From Neoechinorhynchus agilis (taxonomy: Eukaryota; Animalia; Acanthocephala), in assembly GCA_051530055.1 (NCBI GenBank), contig CM121342.1, positions 9,005,480-9,069,479 of the forward strand: a stretch of DNA of 64,000 nucleotides. The letters run 5' to 3'. Under the pieces are notes generated by a model. The model was not told where the DNA came from. It saw only the letters and a program-made list of their open reading frames with translations, and did no database searches. The position numbers and the translations under genes are program-made. Position 1 is the first letter of the stretch; every line of letters starts with the position of its first letter. Of the stretch, positions 40,641-52,892 are shown in pieces.

Positions 40641-41404
40641 GTGAATCAAACAACAGAATTAGAATTTTTTAAATTAAAAAGAAAAATAATCGAACGAAGG
40701 GCGGATATTAGGCATTCCTTTATAAATTAAGGATTGCATTCGGATGGTTTCTGATATGTTGTTATTTAGGCCGCTTGTGGACACCCGAGGGGGATAGCGT
40801 TAAAGAAACGAATGTATATTTCGACTGATTGATTCAGTCATTTGATCAATTCAATTGATTGTAAGTTTTACACAAACTCCTCATCAATTGAATAGATTTC
40901 ATGACTCTGATTCCAGTAGTCGACGTATATTCGTCTCTTTAACGCGATTCCCTCGCATGTCGAATTTCAATGCTATTAAGCAACAATCGAAAAAGTGCAG
41001 GCTTTTAGTTCGCCTTAAGACAAAATGATGTTGGCCAAGCGAATTTTTGTACCACAATGAAACATAAGCTTACGATTTGAGAGCGAATTTAAATGACATT
41101 CCGACCGTGCAAAAATACTAAACTTCGAAAAGTACAAAGTAGCAACCTCACATTCCGTATTTGTGGAAACAAAATTTCCGTTTTTAAACCGACTGAAATT
41201 ATCCAATCGATCGCCAAAATAAGAAAACCAAAAAAGTAATGACGTTCAAAATAAAGTTATGAAAGAAAGAACAAAATAAATTCAACTACCCCTTGGAACA
41301 ACCCTAAAAACAAACAATATTAAAACTTAAGCCAACTTACGAAAGTTAATTCACGAAAAAAGTGGCCTTTTAACAATAATTCGCGTCTTCTTCCACAAGC
41401 GCAT

Positions 41405-43740
41405 CAAAAAGTGATGGTGAATCCTCGCTCATCCTAAAGATTCCTTGAATTTTCAAAGTGTTGGATGGATGATGGAATCAACTCTTCGTTTTTGTGAGAA
41501 ATCTTGTTTTCTCGTGAAAAATTGTCTGGATCCGTTTCATTAGCAACATTTCCTCGGCTTAACGGATCGCCTTCGGGACCTCGCGACCCCCAACAATTCT
41601 TTCGCTTGAATGAAGTTGCCCGAGGAATTCTAATCTACGATGCCGAGTGACGATGAATCGTCGACCTTTTACAAGACGAGTGGATTTCTTGAAAACATTC
41701 CGACGCCTATAAATCTATCGTAAACTCATTGTGAATCCACGTTTATCCTAAGGATTCCTTGAATTTTCGGAGTGTTGCATGGATGATGGATTCAACTCTT
41801 TGTTTTTGTGAGAAATCTTGTTTTCTCGTTAAAAATTGTCTGGATTCGTTTCATTAGCAACATTTCCTCGGTTTAACGGATCGCCTTCGGGACCTCGCGA
41901 CCCTCAACAATTCTTTCGCTTGAATCAAGTTGCCCGGGGAATTCCAATTTACGATACCGATTGACGTTGAATCGTCGATATTCTTTTACAGAACCAGTGG
42001 ATTTACTTCTTGAAAACATTTCGACATCTATAAATCTATCTCAAAATCATTGTGAATCCACGTTTATCCTAAGGATTCCAAAGATCTTCGCAGTGTTGGA
42101 TGGATGATGGATTCAACTCTTTGTTTTTGTGAGAAATCTTGTTTTCTCGTAAAAAATTGTCTGGATTCGTTTCATTAGCAACATTTCCTCGGTTTAACGG
42201 ATCGCCTTCGGGACCTCGCGACCCCCAACAATTCTTTTGCTTGAATCAAGTTGCCCGGGAATTCCAATTTACGATACCGATTGACGATGAATCGTCGATA
42301 TTCTTTTACAGAACCAGTGGATTTACTTCTTGAAAACATTTCGACATCTATAAATCTATCTCAAAATCATTGTGAATCCACGTTTATCCTAAGGATTCCA
42401 AAGATCTTCGCAGTGTTGGATGGATGATGGATTCAACTCTTTGTTTTTGTGAGAAATCTTGTTTTCTCGTAAAAAATTGTCTGGATTCGTTTCATTAGCA
42501 ACATTTCCTCGGTTTACGGATCGCCTTCGGGACCTCGCGACCCCCAACAATTCTTTTGCTTGAATCAAGTTGCCCGGGGAATTCCAATTTACGATACCGA
42601 TTGACGTTGAATCGTCGATATTCTTTTACAGAACCAGTGGATTTATTTGAAAACATTTCGACATCTATAAATCTATCTCAAAATCATTGTGAATCCACGT
42701 TTATCCTAAGGATTCCAAAGATCTTCGCAGTGTTGGATGGATGATGGGTTCAACTCTTTGTTTTTGTGAGAAATCTTGTTTTCTCGTAAAAAATTGTCTG
42801 GATTCGTTTCATTAGCAACATTTCCTCGGTTTACCGATCGCCTTCGGGACCTCGCGACCCCCAACAATTCTTTTGCTTGAATCAAGTTGCCCGGGGAATT
42901 CTAATTTACGATACCGAGTGACGATGAATCGTCGATATTTTACAGAACCAGTGGATTTCTTGAAAACATTTCGACGTCTATAAATCTATCTCAAAATCAT
43001 TGTGAATCCACGTTTATCCTAAGGATTCCTTGAATTTTCGGAGTGTTGCATGGATGATGGGTTCAACTCTTTGTTTTTGTGAGAAATGTTGTTTTCTCGT
43101 AAAAAATTGTCTGGATTCGTATCATTAGCAACATTTCCTCGGTTTAACGGATCGCCTTCGGGACCTCGCGACCCCCAACAATTCTTTTGCTTGAATCAAG
43201 TTGCCCGGGGAATTCTAATTTACGATACCGAGTGACGATGAATCGTCGATATTCTTTTACAGAACCAGTGGATTTACTTCTCGAAAACATTTCGACATCT
43301 ATAAATCTATCTCAAAATCATTGTGAATCCACGTTTATCCTAAGGATTCCAAAGATCTTCGCAGTGTTGGATGGATGATGGATTCAACTCTTTGTTTTTG
43401 TGGGAATCTTACTTTGTCGTTAAAAATTGTCTGGATTCGTTTCATTAGCAACATTTCCTCGGTTTACCGATCGCCTTCTGGACCTCGCGGCCCCCAACAA
43501 TTCTTTCGCTTGAATCAAGTTGCCCGAGGAATTCAAATTTACTATTCCGATTGATGATGAATCGTCGATCTTCTTTTACAAGACGAGTGGATTTACTTCT
43601 TGAAAACATTTCGACGTCTATAAATGTGTCTCAAAGTGATTGTGAATCCGCGTTTATCCTAAAGATTCCAAGGATTTTCGGCGTGTTGGATGGTTGGTGG
43701 ATTCAACTCTTCTTCCTTGTGCGATTTCTTGTTTTTCCAT
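41405..43740 (+). repeat. Tandem array, about 313-321 bp unit, about 7.3 copies, two sub-variants
   Basis: TGGATGATGG landmark at about 41466, 41780, 42101, 42421, 42738, 43051, 43372 and 43691. Confidence 0.97.
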
Positions 43741-43931
43741 TGAATATTATCTTGAGTGAATGGAATACTTGTTTTGTTTACTTGTGCGGCGCTTGCATTT
43801 CAAAATTGCGACTAGATGGACACATCGGTTTTTGCTCAATTACGTTCGGCTTGTTATTAAAAATTGGATCGAATATTCATCTCTAACGTGGTAAAACAGT
43901 TATTTTTTAATGTCATCGCTTATCAGGACAC

Positions 43932-46792
43932 TCACACAACAAATTTCACGAAAGGAAATTCTCGCATTAATTTTTCTACTTCTTCTTTTCGATCACACAA
44001 GGGACATTGTGAAATATCGACGATTTTTAGCTTCTGGCAGGCTCTTAGGTACGGTATGATTTTTGCGCTTGATGTTAGCTTATTCTGACTAAGGTTCACG
44101 GTCTCGAGTAAGGCGAGATGTTCAATACCGCTGAGATCTGTAAGGCAGTTTCCGGAAAGATTGAGTGTTTTCAAAAATCCGAGGTATTGAAAATGATAGA
44201 GATGTGTAAGTGATCGTCGACTTATATCGGGTTTTCGCTCTTGTGTCAATAAAATTTCAATCAGTATCCTTGATCGGAGATCGCGATAAAAGTTTCTTCT
44301 ACAAGGATCAGCTGCGTAAAGTTTCTCAATAATAATCTCAAGTTGATCAATACTCATGTTTGCATTTCCACCCATCGAACGTATAATCGTTAAAGGCGCT
44401 AACAGGCACCACCGATTCAACGGTTCCATGTCAACTAATTCTTGAAGTGTACGAATTTCTGGTTCATATGCAGATACTGAATCTTCGGTCAATCCGAGAT
44501 GATTGATTAGATCAAATTGTACCTGAAGCGATGATGATGATGCGAAATTATAAAGCTTCTGCGTCTGAGTTTCTGAATCGGATATCGTGATTGTAAATTC
44601 TTTGGGCAATCTCGGCTCTACAATAATGTTCCACACATTGCTCAGAATAGACCCGAGAGCGTTATTTATTTTTATCACATTGATCTCGGCTTCTGGAGAT
44701 AAAGTGTCGGTTATTTTCACCAGTTTGGAATTTATAGAAGCTGATGTTGACGAGTCTGAAAAGGTGAGAACCAAAAATGCATTTAGAAATGAAGATTGGG
44801 AATTCTAAAATTTTGTCCACTCGACAAAAACAAACGGAAATCCTAATATGTTATAGAGTTTACATATGCAATCATAAATTCACTCGAAAAAATACACATT
44901 AATGTTCATGTCTTTAGGATATTCGTTGAAAATACTCCGAGCAGTTCCTATTTTCGAAAATGGACACTTGTGAGAGCTTTATTTCCAAACTTTCCCCTTC
45001 TTAGGGCTTCTTCGAAAATCTAAAAAGACGCATGAAGATGTGAAGTTTGTATTAAAGTAGCGACTTTGAAGTGTGTAAAGTTCGTCCCTTTTGTTGAGTA
45101 GTTATGTGGCTTTGTCGAGCGATTATCCAGAACTCTCCCTCGCCTTCCTCATCCAACCGTCGGGGTTATAAGTGGCGCTTCTACGATAGATGGACAAACC
45201 TAATTGACGTGGAGAATTTTACTTCTCCGTTGCTGTGACACTCTGAGTGAAGTTTTCTAATGGTGTGTCCATAGCTCGACAAAGTCCCAGAACTGCTCAA
45301 CCGACTATGTCGCTACTTTAACACACTTACGATCTCCACAAGCCTTTGTTGATTCTTGAATAAGCCGTAAGACGACGAAAGCTTGGAAATAAAGATTTTC
45401 TTTATCCTTACAATAGCCCTCTCCCAAGTAGAATTATTGCCTGGAAGTCTACACCCGCGGCAAATGATTATTTATTAAGGACGTTCTTTAAACAAGTTTG
45501 TTAGTTATTAAAGGACACTAACAAACTGATGATAATAAACCCGACTTCTAAACAATAATTCCAATCACATTCACCGGTACCTCACATATCGACCCTCTCT
45601 TAAGTGTCCATTTTCGAAATTACAAAACTTAATCATACGGCTGGAAAATAAAGAAGTATTTCACAATAATATTTCATAATTATAAAAGTAAGCGGCAAGA
45701 TTGATTTTTGTAATCCTTGTTAATTTTGAAACCCTTTATTTAAAAACTATTATAGACAATGTTTTATAGATGGCAACGCTGTTCTCTGAAAAATGCCAAT
45801 TTTTTACATACCGTTTCCCATCAGCGATTAACAGCAATATGAAAGCAAAGATGGCTCTTATTTGTATACCAAATTGTAAAATAAGTGTATACAAAATGTT
45901 ATCATTGGTAACAATGTAAGAAATGAAATTTCAATTTTAAAAAAGTTAATCGATTTCTATTAACTATTTCGACGTCAAATTCAGTCTTCATTAAATCAAC
46001 TGCTTTTCTAAACCAAATTCGAATGGAATTTTGTTCGTTATGAGTATAGAGCACGTCATATTCATAGTTTGATCGTTTCTGGTCTACATCCACCAGCCAT
46101 CGATAATAGAGCCAAGGACTCTGATCAGAAGGATCAGTAAATAGAGCGTTATGAGTCAACGACCGTTCACTGCTTAGCGTGTTTCTATTGATGACCTTAC
46201 CGTTTGATGTGTGAAGTTTAATTAAAATTTGACTTCGATAATGCCAAGCCGAATAGTTAGAGAAATTCTCAAGTAATTTCTTTGTGACAAATGTCAATCT
46301 ATCCTCATCAGACATGTTCATCTGTTCAGAAATAAACCACCAATGGCACCAACAGTGGAAATTCCGTTCATCTCTCACGAGGTGTTCCGTACACAAGTCC
46401 ATTTCTTCGGTCCAACGTCCACAGGGAGTCCTAAGGAGACACCAACAGCGATGAAACCACGAAACGTATGATTTTGGGTTTATACTTAAACACACTGCAG
46501 TGAATCTTAACTCATTCTCGAATAGATTGGCAAGGCTTTCTGACTGTCTTAGAATTATCTCTCTTCGAAGGTTCCATAACGAACCGTTATCCGGATTGAT
46601 CATCAGTGCATCACCAATGTCGCCGAGATCTTCAGTTGAAAACTCCTGACGATTATGCCTCTCAAAGTGACAATCACCGTCCCCATTACGGTTCAGGAAC
46701 TTCTTTAAAAGAATCCCATACTTATCTCTAATCTCCTTCTCTTCTTGTAACTCACTTTCATCACGAGTTGAAGACTTGGCTATCCCATGCAT
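43932..46792 (-). CDS. RABGGTA: Rab geranylgeranyltransferase alpha subunit
   Basis: MHG start, NPDNGSLWNLRRE, NPKSYVSWFHR, DERNFHCW, NFSNYSAWHYR, FTDPSDQSPWLY prenyltransferase repeats; exon 2 LVDMEPLNRWCLL..DPCRRNFYRDLRSR plus C-terminal LRRs; intron about 1.1 kb. Confidence 0.93.
44950..45620. mobile_element. Foldback/MITE-like nested inverted repeats in the RABGGTA intron
   Basis: Outer TTTCGAAAATGGACACTT / AAGTGTCCATTTTCGAAA; inner TTAAAGTAGCGAC..TTTGTCGAGC / GCTCGACAAAG..GTCGCTACTTTAA. Confidence 0.7.
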
Positions 46793-46993
46793 TAACCATT
46801 AAGAAAACCCTTAAATATCAAAGAATAAAGATTGTTTTTCTTTCTGGGTCTCGGCGTAATCTTTTCATCCTAAGACTTTGCTACTAAACCCGCGTCTCTT
46901 GCGGAGGTTCCATGATACATCCCAAATAAATCATTTTTAGACATTTGCTCGAATCACGTCCAATACAAATACGATAGCTAAAAAATAAAATTC

Positions 46994-47515
46994 TTTGATG
47001 CAAAAACGGAGTTTAAATAACGGACTGGATAAAACGGCACCCCGGAAAACGTTATATAACAAATTTGTCAAGATGATAGTCGAGAAAGTGACCTTAACTA
47101 TATTCCCAAGTCCTTCAGGAGGGCTAGTGCCGACCCTCCCAAGGCCGTTTCCACACCGAAGGGGACAAAATGGTAATTTCGGATTAGCTCCCTGTATTTT
47201 GAGCATTCCCGATCCTCTGCAGCCGTCGCCGCTCCTCCTGGACCTTTTTTCGAGTGGCTGATGTTGGAGTTTGCCAACGTGTCCACACACGTTGCATCCC
47301 ACAACAAACATTTTCCCTCCCGCCAAGGACTACATTCCCTAAAGTTTTCTAATTGCTGTATTTATAATGTAAGAAACATGAACAAGGGTTCCTTACAGCC
47401 ACAACAAAACTAGTGAATGTTATCGAATATTTTATTAATAATAATCAATTACAATCCTTAAATTTAAGAATTGAAATATCAAAGTCAATAGTTTCGGGAT
47501 AAATATACTCAGAAA
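46994..47515 (-). repeat. 522-bp direct repeat, copy 1, containing a CRE-like RLE fragment
   Basis: Matches 49901-50422 (two substitutions seen); encodes PWREGKCLLWDATCVDTLA..KYREL..FGVET. Confidence 0.95.
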
Positions 47516-47573
47516 CCCATTGGACGGTTTTGAGAATCTCTTCTTCGAAATAATTCCTTGGCAAGCTTTTTAG

Positions 47574-49082
47574 TCAGTCGATCGATGTCTTTTTATGAGC
47601 CTCTGAAACTGGGCATGTTAAAAGCTCCGTAATCTTCAATCCTATTGTCCCGATCATGTCCATTAGTGGAGCATTCGACTCGTTATTTGCCATCTCGAAC
47701 AGAATATTGATTAGTCCGGATTCTATTACTTCATTAGGATTCATCTTGCACGATAACATCTCGGATAAAACGCTATTGGTCAGTTCAACGCTCTTAGCCC
47801 TTCGCTGATTGTCTAATAGATGAAGAAGTCTTTGTTGAAGAGCCGAGAATTCTGAGCGCTTTGACTGAATATTCGTGCTGTCGATGATTGAATGCCTATT
47901 TGATTTATTATCACCGGGCCCCTTTTCTTCATCCGTTCTTTGCCTTTTTAACAAAGTTTCCGTTTTGTTAGGCGCATTATTCTTTGATCTTTTAATCTGA
48001 AATTTTTCCTTAATCTTGATTGCAACTCGGTTCATTATTTTAAAATACCGAGTATTCTCATCGTTTTCAAGCATTGCGCTCAAGAGATCTATCAGTCTGG
48101 CTTTTCGTACTTTGTGCAGACTAACTTTTTCTTTTAGAATATCTTCAAAAATATTCTTTGCCCGAGCGCCATTTATGATTTTGTAACTGGAGTCCAGGCT
48201 GTTCATCAACCGTCGACGGAGAATAAGGCCCTCTGACGGTTTAGCGATCGTTGATTTTGAGACTCCGGTGCTTGTATCCATTAACTCATTAAAACTTTGA
48301 TCTTGAACACCGCTTACTTTTCTAGAAATTGGACGTTGATGTTCTTCATTCGTCCGTTTCTTGGTCTCAGCATCGGTCCAATCTTGTTTTATATCCTCGG
48401 TAAGAACGGTTTTCTCATTTTCGAAAACCGATTTTAGTTTAGAAGCCACTTGTTTGATGAGATGTTCTAGAATTGCATTGTCCTCATTTTGTTTTATCCG
48501 ATATAAAATCCGTATTAGTTTCGATTCTCGGATTTCAGCCATTGTCGGATTCATTTGAAGAACTTCATGCAGGATACCGGATACCGATTTCGTGTTTTCG
48601 ACTTTGAAATTTCCGTCTAATGCCATTCTAATCTTTCTGTAGAGCCCACAAAGATGGTTTTCGGACCTTTTAGGAGAAGGATTCTCTTTGTTGGCTACCT
48701 TCCTTTTTTCCTTTTCTTTATTTGTATCTTCAAGTTGTCGTTTCCGAGTTGATGGCGCAACAATCACAGTTGGATATTTCTTGTATTTTGGTATCCTGCA
48801 GTGGTTTGCCTCCAATATTCCTTTAAATTTGATCCTTAATTTTCGGAGGAACCAGTTTATGCTTGAGGACTCCTCATTGCTTGCCATTTGCTCGACCAAT
48901 TGAAACATCTCCCAGTTTAGAATATCATAAACTGTAACCGGTCGAATTAATAATTCTCGTAAATTTCGTTTCGCTACCGCCTGAATGACCGTCATGTAAT
49001 CTTCATCCAAATTTTCTCGAAGGTCACAGCATATCTCTTCGATTGACTTGTCCTTGATATTGGCTAATCGTTTGCTCGGCAT
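47574..49082 (-). CDS. Intronless 502-aa protein with four tandem LEDGF-IBD/TFIIS-N-like helical domains
   Basis: About 75-aa modules, e.g. LYRKIRMALDGNF...ILHEVLQMNPTMAEIRESKLIRILYRI...IKQVASKLKSVF, repeated four times with basic linkers. Confidence 0.6.
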   Translation of the reverse strand: MPSKRLANIKDKSIEEICCDLRENLDEDYMTVIQAVAKRNLRELLIRPVTVYDILNWEMFQLVEQMASNEESSSINWFLRKLRIKFKGILEANHCRIPKYKKYPTVIVAPSTRKRQLEDTNKEKEKRKVANKENPSPKRSENHLCGLYRKIRMALDGNFKVENTKSVSGILHEVLQMNPTMAEIRESKLIRILYRIKQNEDNAILEHLIKQVASKLKSVFENEKTVLTEDIKQDWTDAETKKRTNEEHQRPISRKVSGVQDQSFNELMDTSTGVSKSTIAKPSEGLILRRRLMNSLDSSYKIINGARAKNIFEDILKEKVSLHKVRKARLIDLLSAMLENDENTRYFKIMNRVAIKIKEKFQIKRSKNNAPNKTETLLKRQRTDEEKGPGDNKSNRHSIIDSTNIQSKRSEFSALQQRLLHLLDNQRRAKSVELTNSVLSEMLSCKMNPNEVIESGLINILFEMANNESNAPLMDMIGTIGLKITELLTCPVSEAHKKTSID

Positions 49083-49900
49083 TCTCGTTTCTCTATGTAG
49101 CTGGTTTTCGACTATATTAAACGGCTGCTCGCTTACGGTTGCCGAATTTGAACGAGGTCAAATCGACCCTCGTTGTAACGTTTTTTAGTTAAAACAATTG
49201 AATAATATTTACGCGCGGAAGGTGTTTATGGCTCTCTTTCATCAAAATAGCAACAAATAAGAAAATAATCACAAAGAAAAGTCAAACATTTGTTTCCGGT
49301 GGACGTTGTCCATTGAGTTATTTAAATTTTATTGGTTAACCAAAATTGCATGAGTTTAAATCCCTTATCTTCGATAATGCTATCGATGTAATATGTTGGT
49401 GGGAATCTCTTTAACCTTATTAACTTGATTTATACAATTTATAAATACTGCCACATTTGGCAAGAATATAACGACGCCAATCAAATTTAAATCTCGTAGC
49501 AATCAAAAGTAATTTGAGATATTGAAAAAAGTTAAAGCCAATATTTTTATGTTGTTCGTACCGTTGAAATATGCAGTAAATTGCAGCTTAATATTTCTTA
49601 TCGATCTTTCTATACACAAATAGATTGTATTGTAAAGACTCATCCAATTTGACTGATTTGAATGAATTAATGCACCATAAAGAATTGTAAAGACCAATTA
49701 TTAGGATAACTTTAATGAGCAACATGGCTGGATAACGTCTTCTAACCTACAGCTTAGCCAATCGAGAAGGAAAGATTTAGCTACCTTGAGATCAGTCGTA
49801 TACACATTAATATCTGTCTATACTTGAAAAACATCGAAACCGCTTTAAGAATTATTCATATGTTGGAGTTGTGGTGATCACAATCCCGGATAAAACATAT

Positions 49901-50422
49901 TTTGATGCAAAAACGGAGTTTAAATAACGGACTGGATAAAACGGCACCCCGGAAAACGTTATATAACAAATTTGTCAAGATGATAGTCGAGAAAGTGACC
50001 TTAACTATATTCCCAAGTCCTTCAGGAGGGCTAGTGCCGACCCTCCCAAGGCCGTTTCCACACCGAAGAAGACAAAATGGTAATTTCGGATTAGCTCCCT
50101 GTATTTTGAGCATTCCCGATCCTCTGCAGCCGTCGCCGCTCCTCCTGGACCTTTTTTCGAGTGGCTGATGTTGGAGTTTGCCAACGTGTCCACACACGTT
50201 GCATCCCACAACAAACATTTTCCCTCCCGCCAAGGACTACATTCCCTAAAGTTTTCTAATTGCTGTATTTATAATGTAAGAAACATGAACAAGGGTTCCT
50301 TACAGCCACAACAAAACTAGTGAATGTTATCGAATATTTTATTAATAATAATCAATTACAATCCTTAAATTTAAGAATTGAAATATCAAAGTCAATAGTT
50401 TCGGGATAAATATACTCAGAAA
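49901..50422 (-). repeat. 522-bp direct repeat, copy 2
   Basis: Offset 2907 bp from copy 1; abuts a half-copy of the 52.8 kb palindrome at about 49867-49900. Confidence 0.95.
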
Positions 50423-51178
50423 TCCAAAAAACAGATATTGATTTTTTGTCCCAGACTTTTTCTCGATTTTACAGATTCTTCATTTCCAATATGAAAGTGT
50501 CTGAACTATCAGATTGCTGCCTAAAAAATGTTTCTTTACGAATATGAACATCGGCGGTAAGCATGATGGTCGCTCCATGAACAAGATAAAGTCGGTCAAG
50601 TTGTTCAACTATTTAAAAAATTGCTAATATTTTCATTGCACAGGACAACTGTTGTGGTTCTTAGCGAAATGGAAACCTACCTCAGTGTTTAAAAGTTGCC
50701 AACATTCCTTTGATCAAAAAATATCGCAAAGTTCTGTCTTTTTAGGTTTAAAGTATGAAGATTTAAATGTGTGTGAAAAATTAAGCTAGAAATAACGGGT
50801 TTGTTCAAACAAAAATGAAATCTAACCAAAAGTACGTTCTTCACCATCAACATAAACATTCACAATTCCAATAATAATTTTTGCCTTCCTGTATCCATTT
50901 CAAAAATACAAACTTACTAACTAATAAATCTATTAAGGAAGTACAAAGAGCTTGAGTTTTCGAAAATCAGTTTAAAATTTCAATAAAACATTTTACTTCA
51001 TGGAAATTTGCATTATGTTTTTTAATATTAAATACACGCAATAACTCGTGTTCGATTAGCTGGACAATTTCTGCAAGATTTAGGACACGATTTATCTTAA
51101 CAAGAAGAGGCTAATGTAATATATTTGCTAAACTAAAGGAAACATACTATGAAGGATCTCTAAACTGTCATCAGTTCA

Positions 51179-51709
51179 TTAGGTCGAATTTCCTTGACCC
51201 TGGGTCTTTGGGCGCAATAATATCTGAATAGGCAACTGCTGATTGGATGGCACTATCGGTTGAGATTGTTGTACTGCAGGAATCTGAATTGGAATAACGA
51301 TCGGCTGAATGATTGGTTGTTGACCGTAATACTGTTGCTGGGGAGTGAAGTCCATATTATATGGTCTGGCTTCATTTTGAAATTGTAGGTATTTTATGTC
51401 GTTTGGATCGGCCAATTCGAGTTCATATAAGTTTGAAGCAACTCCTTGCTCTCCTGTTTGTTCAGCGAATTCGTCAAGCGTTTGTTCGTCATTGCCATCA
51501 TAAGTCATGTTCAATGTCTGGTCTTGGTTGAAAGCCAGTGGGTCAATAAGATTGATAGCTACTTCGGGAAGAGCATTGGATTTACGAGATCCTGCTGGCT
51601 TTATAAGATTGATGACCACGGATTCTCTTTTCTGGACAGCTTTCTCGTCAGTTGGTAATGCACTGAGAATGCTAGCAATGACCAGTATAATGTAGATATG
51701 AGCAATCAT
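51179..51709 (-). CDS. Orphan secreted protein with a Q/P/I-rich C-terminus
   Basis: MIAHIYIILVIASILSA signal-peptide-like start, a KR dibasic site, intact ORF (alternative ATG at 51754). Confidence 0.6.
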   Translation of the reverse strand: MIAHIYIILVIASILSALPTDEKAVQKRESVVINLIKPAGSRKSNALPEVAINLIDPLAFNQDQTLNMTYDGNDEQTLDEFAEQTGEQGVASNLYELELADPNDIKYLQFQNEARPYNMDFTPQQQYYGQQPIIQPIVIPIQIPAVQQSQPIVPSNQQLPIQILLRPKTQGQGNST

Positions 51710-52790
51710 GACTACGATGTAGAACTCGAACTTCGATGAATGTTTTGCTTTCATACATAAAATAAGGAGAAGTCAAAACGAACGTCGATTGTTGTTAAAC
51801 TAATCAACAATTCAGTAAATATTATTAGACAAATTTTACCACATCATTTAATAACTTTTTAATCATTTTGAAAATGTACCGGGCGTTTTGAAGAATTAGG
51901 ATTTGATTGTTTACGATTTTTGGATCTTATCATAAAGATGCATTGATAAACGCGTCCAAGAGAATGGTTTAAATCTCGTTGTTGACATTCAATTACACCT
52001 AACAACATTGATTTATTAAAAAGTTCCTATGAGAACTTAGGAACATCGTTATCCTCCATTGCCTCGAGGATCCAACATTCCGTTTCTGAATCTCTAATAA
52101 AAATCGTCGACTGCATGAATTTCCGTGTTGCGACTAACCATTTTCCAACCTTGGTTAAGAAATTTGCGGTGCTTGGTCGCTGCCAATAGAGATGTACATG
52201 TTCGGTATTTCTCAATAATTGCATCGGGCCTAATTGTACCTCACGGTCCAGCCACGGGAAGCCACCTCCGAGGACCCTTCCTACAATCAATGAACATACC
52301 GGACAATATTACACCCGCCAATCCAACTAATAATGATTTTACTGTTCACAAAAAGCAATCCTAGCCTTTGGCTAGTCCGTACCTCAAACGAACCGCCTGA
52401 AAACCTAATTTAGGACGGTTTTCCTATCCAACCGATCAAGAATTAACGACTAATTTTACTCGAAATGCATGTCCAAACGGATACATCAATAGAAAAATAT
52501 TGGTTTGAAAAGTAATTGCGAAGTTTCCTTAATTACCGACCCTGAGGAGTTTTTGTGCCAAACACAATATTGATACATTTGTACACGTTATTAAACGATG
52601 CGAGATTGAAATTCGCTCGTAATTGTGAACGGCGTATTTATCTGATTTAAATTTGAACCACATGAGATGCTTATCGAGTTTATAGCGGGTACGAATCGAA
52701 AAATATAAAAGGAAGCAAAAAGGCACTTTGAAATACTATCGGAATCACAATTATAATAATTATACCGTCACTTAAGACGAATTAGGATAT

Positions 52791-52892
52791 GTAGTTGTGG
52801 TAATCATAATTCCACGGATAAAACATATTTTATTGAAACATTGGAATAAATTGTGTTTTATCCGGTGAGGGGATTATGATTACCACAACTAC
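52791..52892. repeat. About 100-bp palindromic MITE-like element
   Basis: GTAGTTGTGGTAATCATAAT..GGATAAAACATA / TGTGTTTTATCC..ATTATGATTACCACAACTAC. Confidence 0.8.

Noticed and set aside
41405-43740. Short ORFs in the 320-bp repeat, or a minus-strand resemblance to a Penelope linker protein
   Set aside because: Unit lengths mostly break frame, all frames contain stops and the protein resemblance is too weak to support
45768-45779. X-box half-site GATGGCAAC
   Set aside because: Only one half-site, located in an intron and not near a start codon
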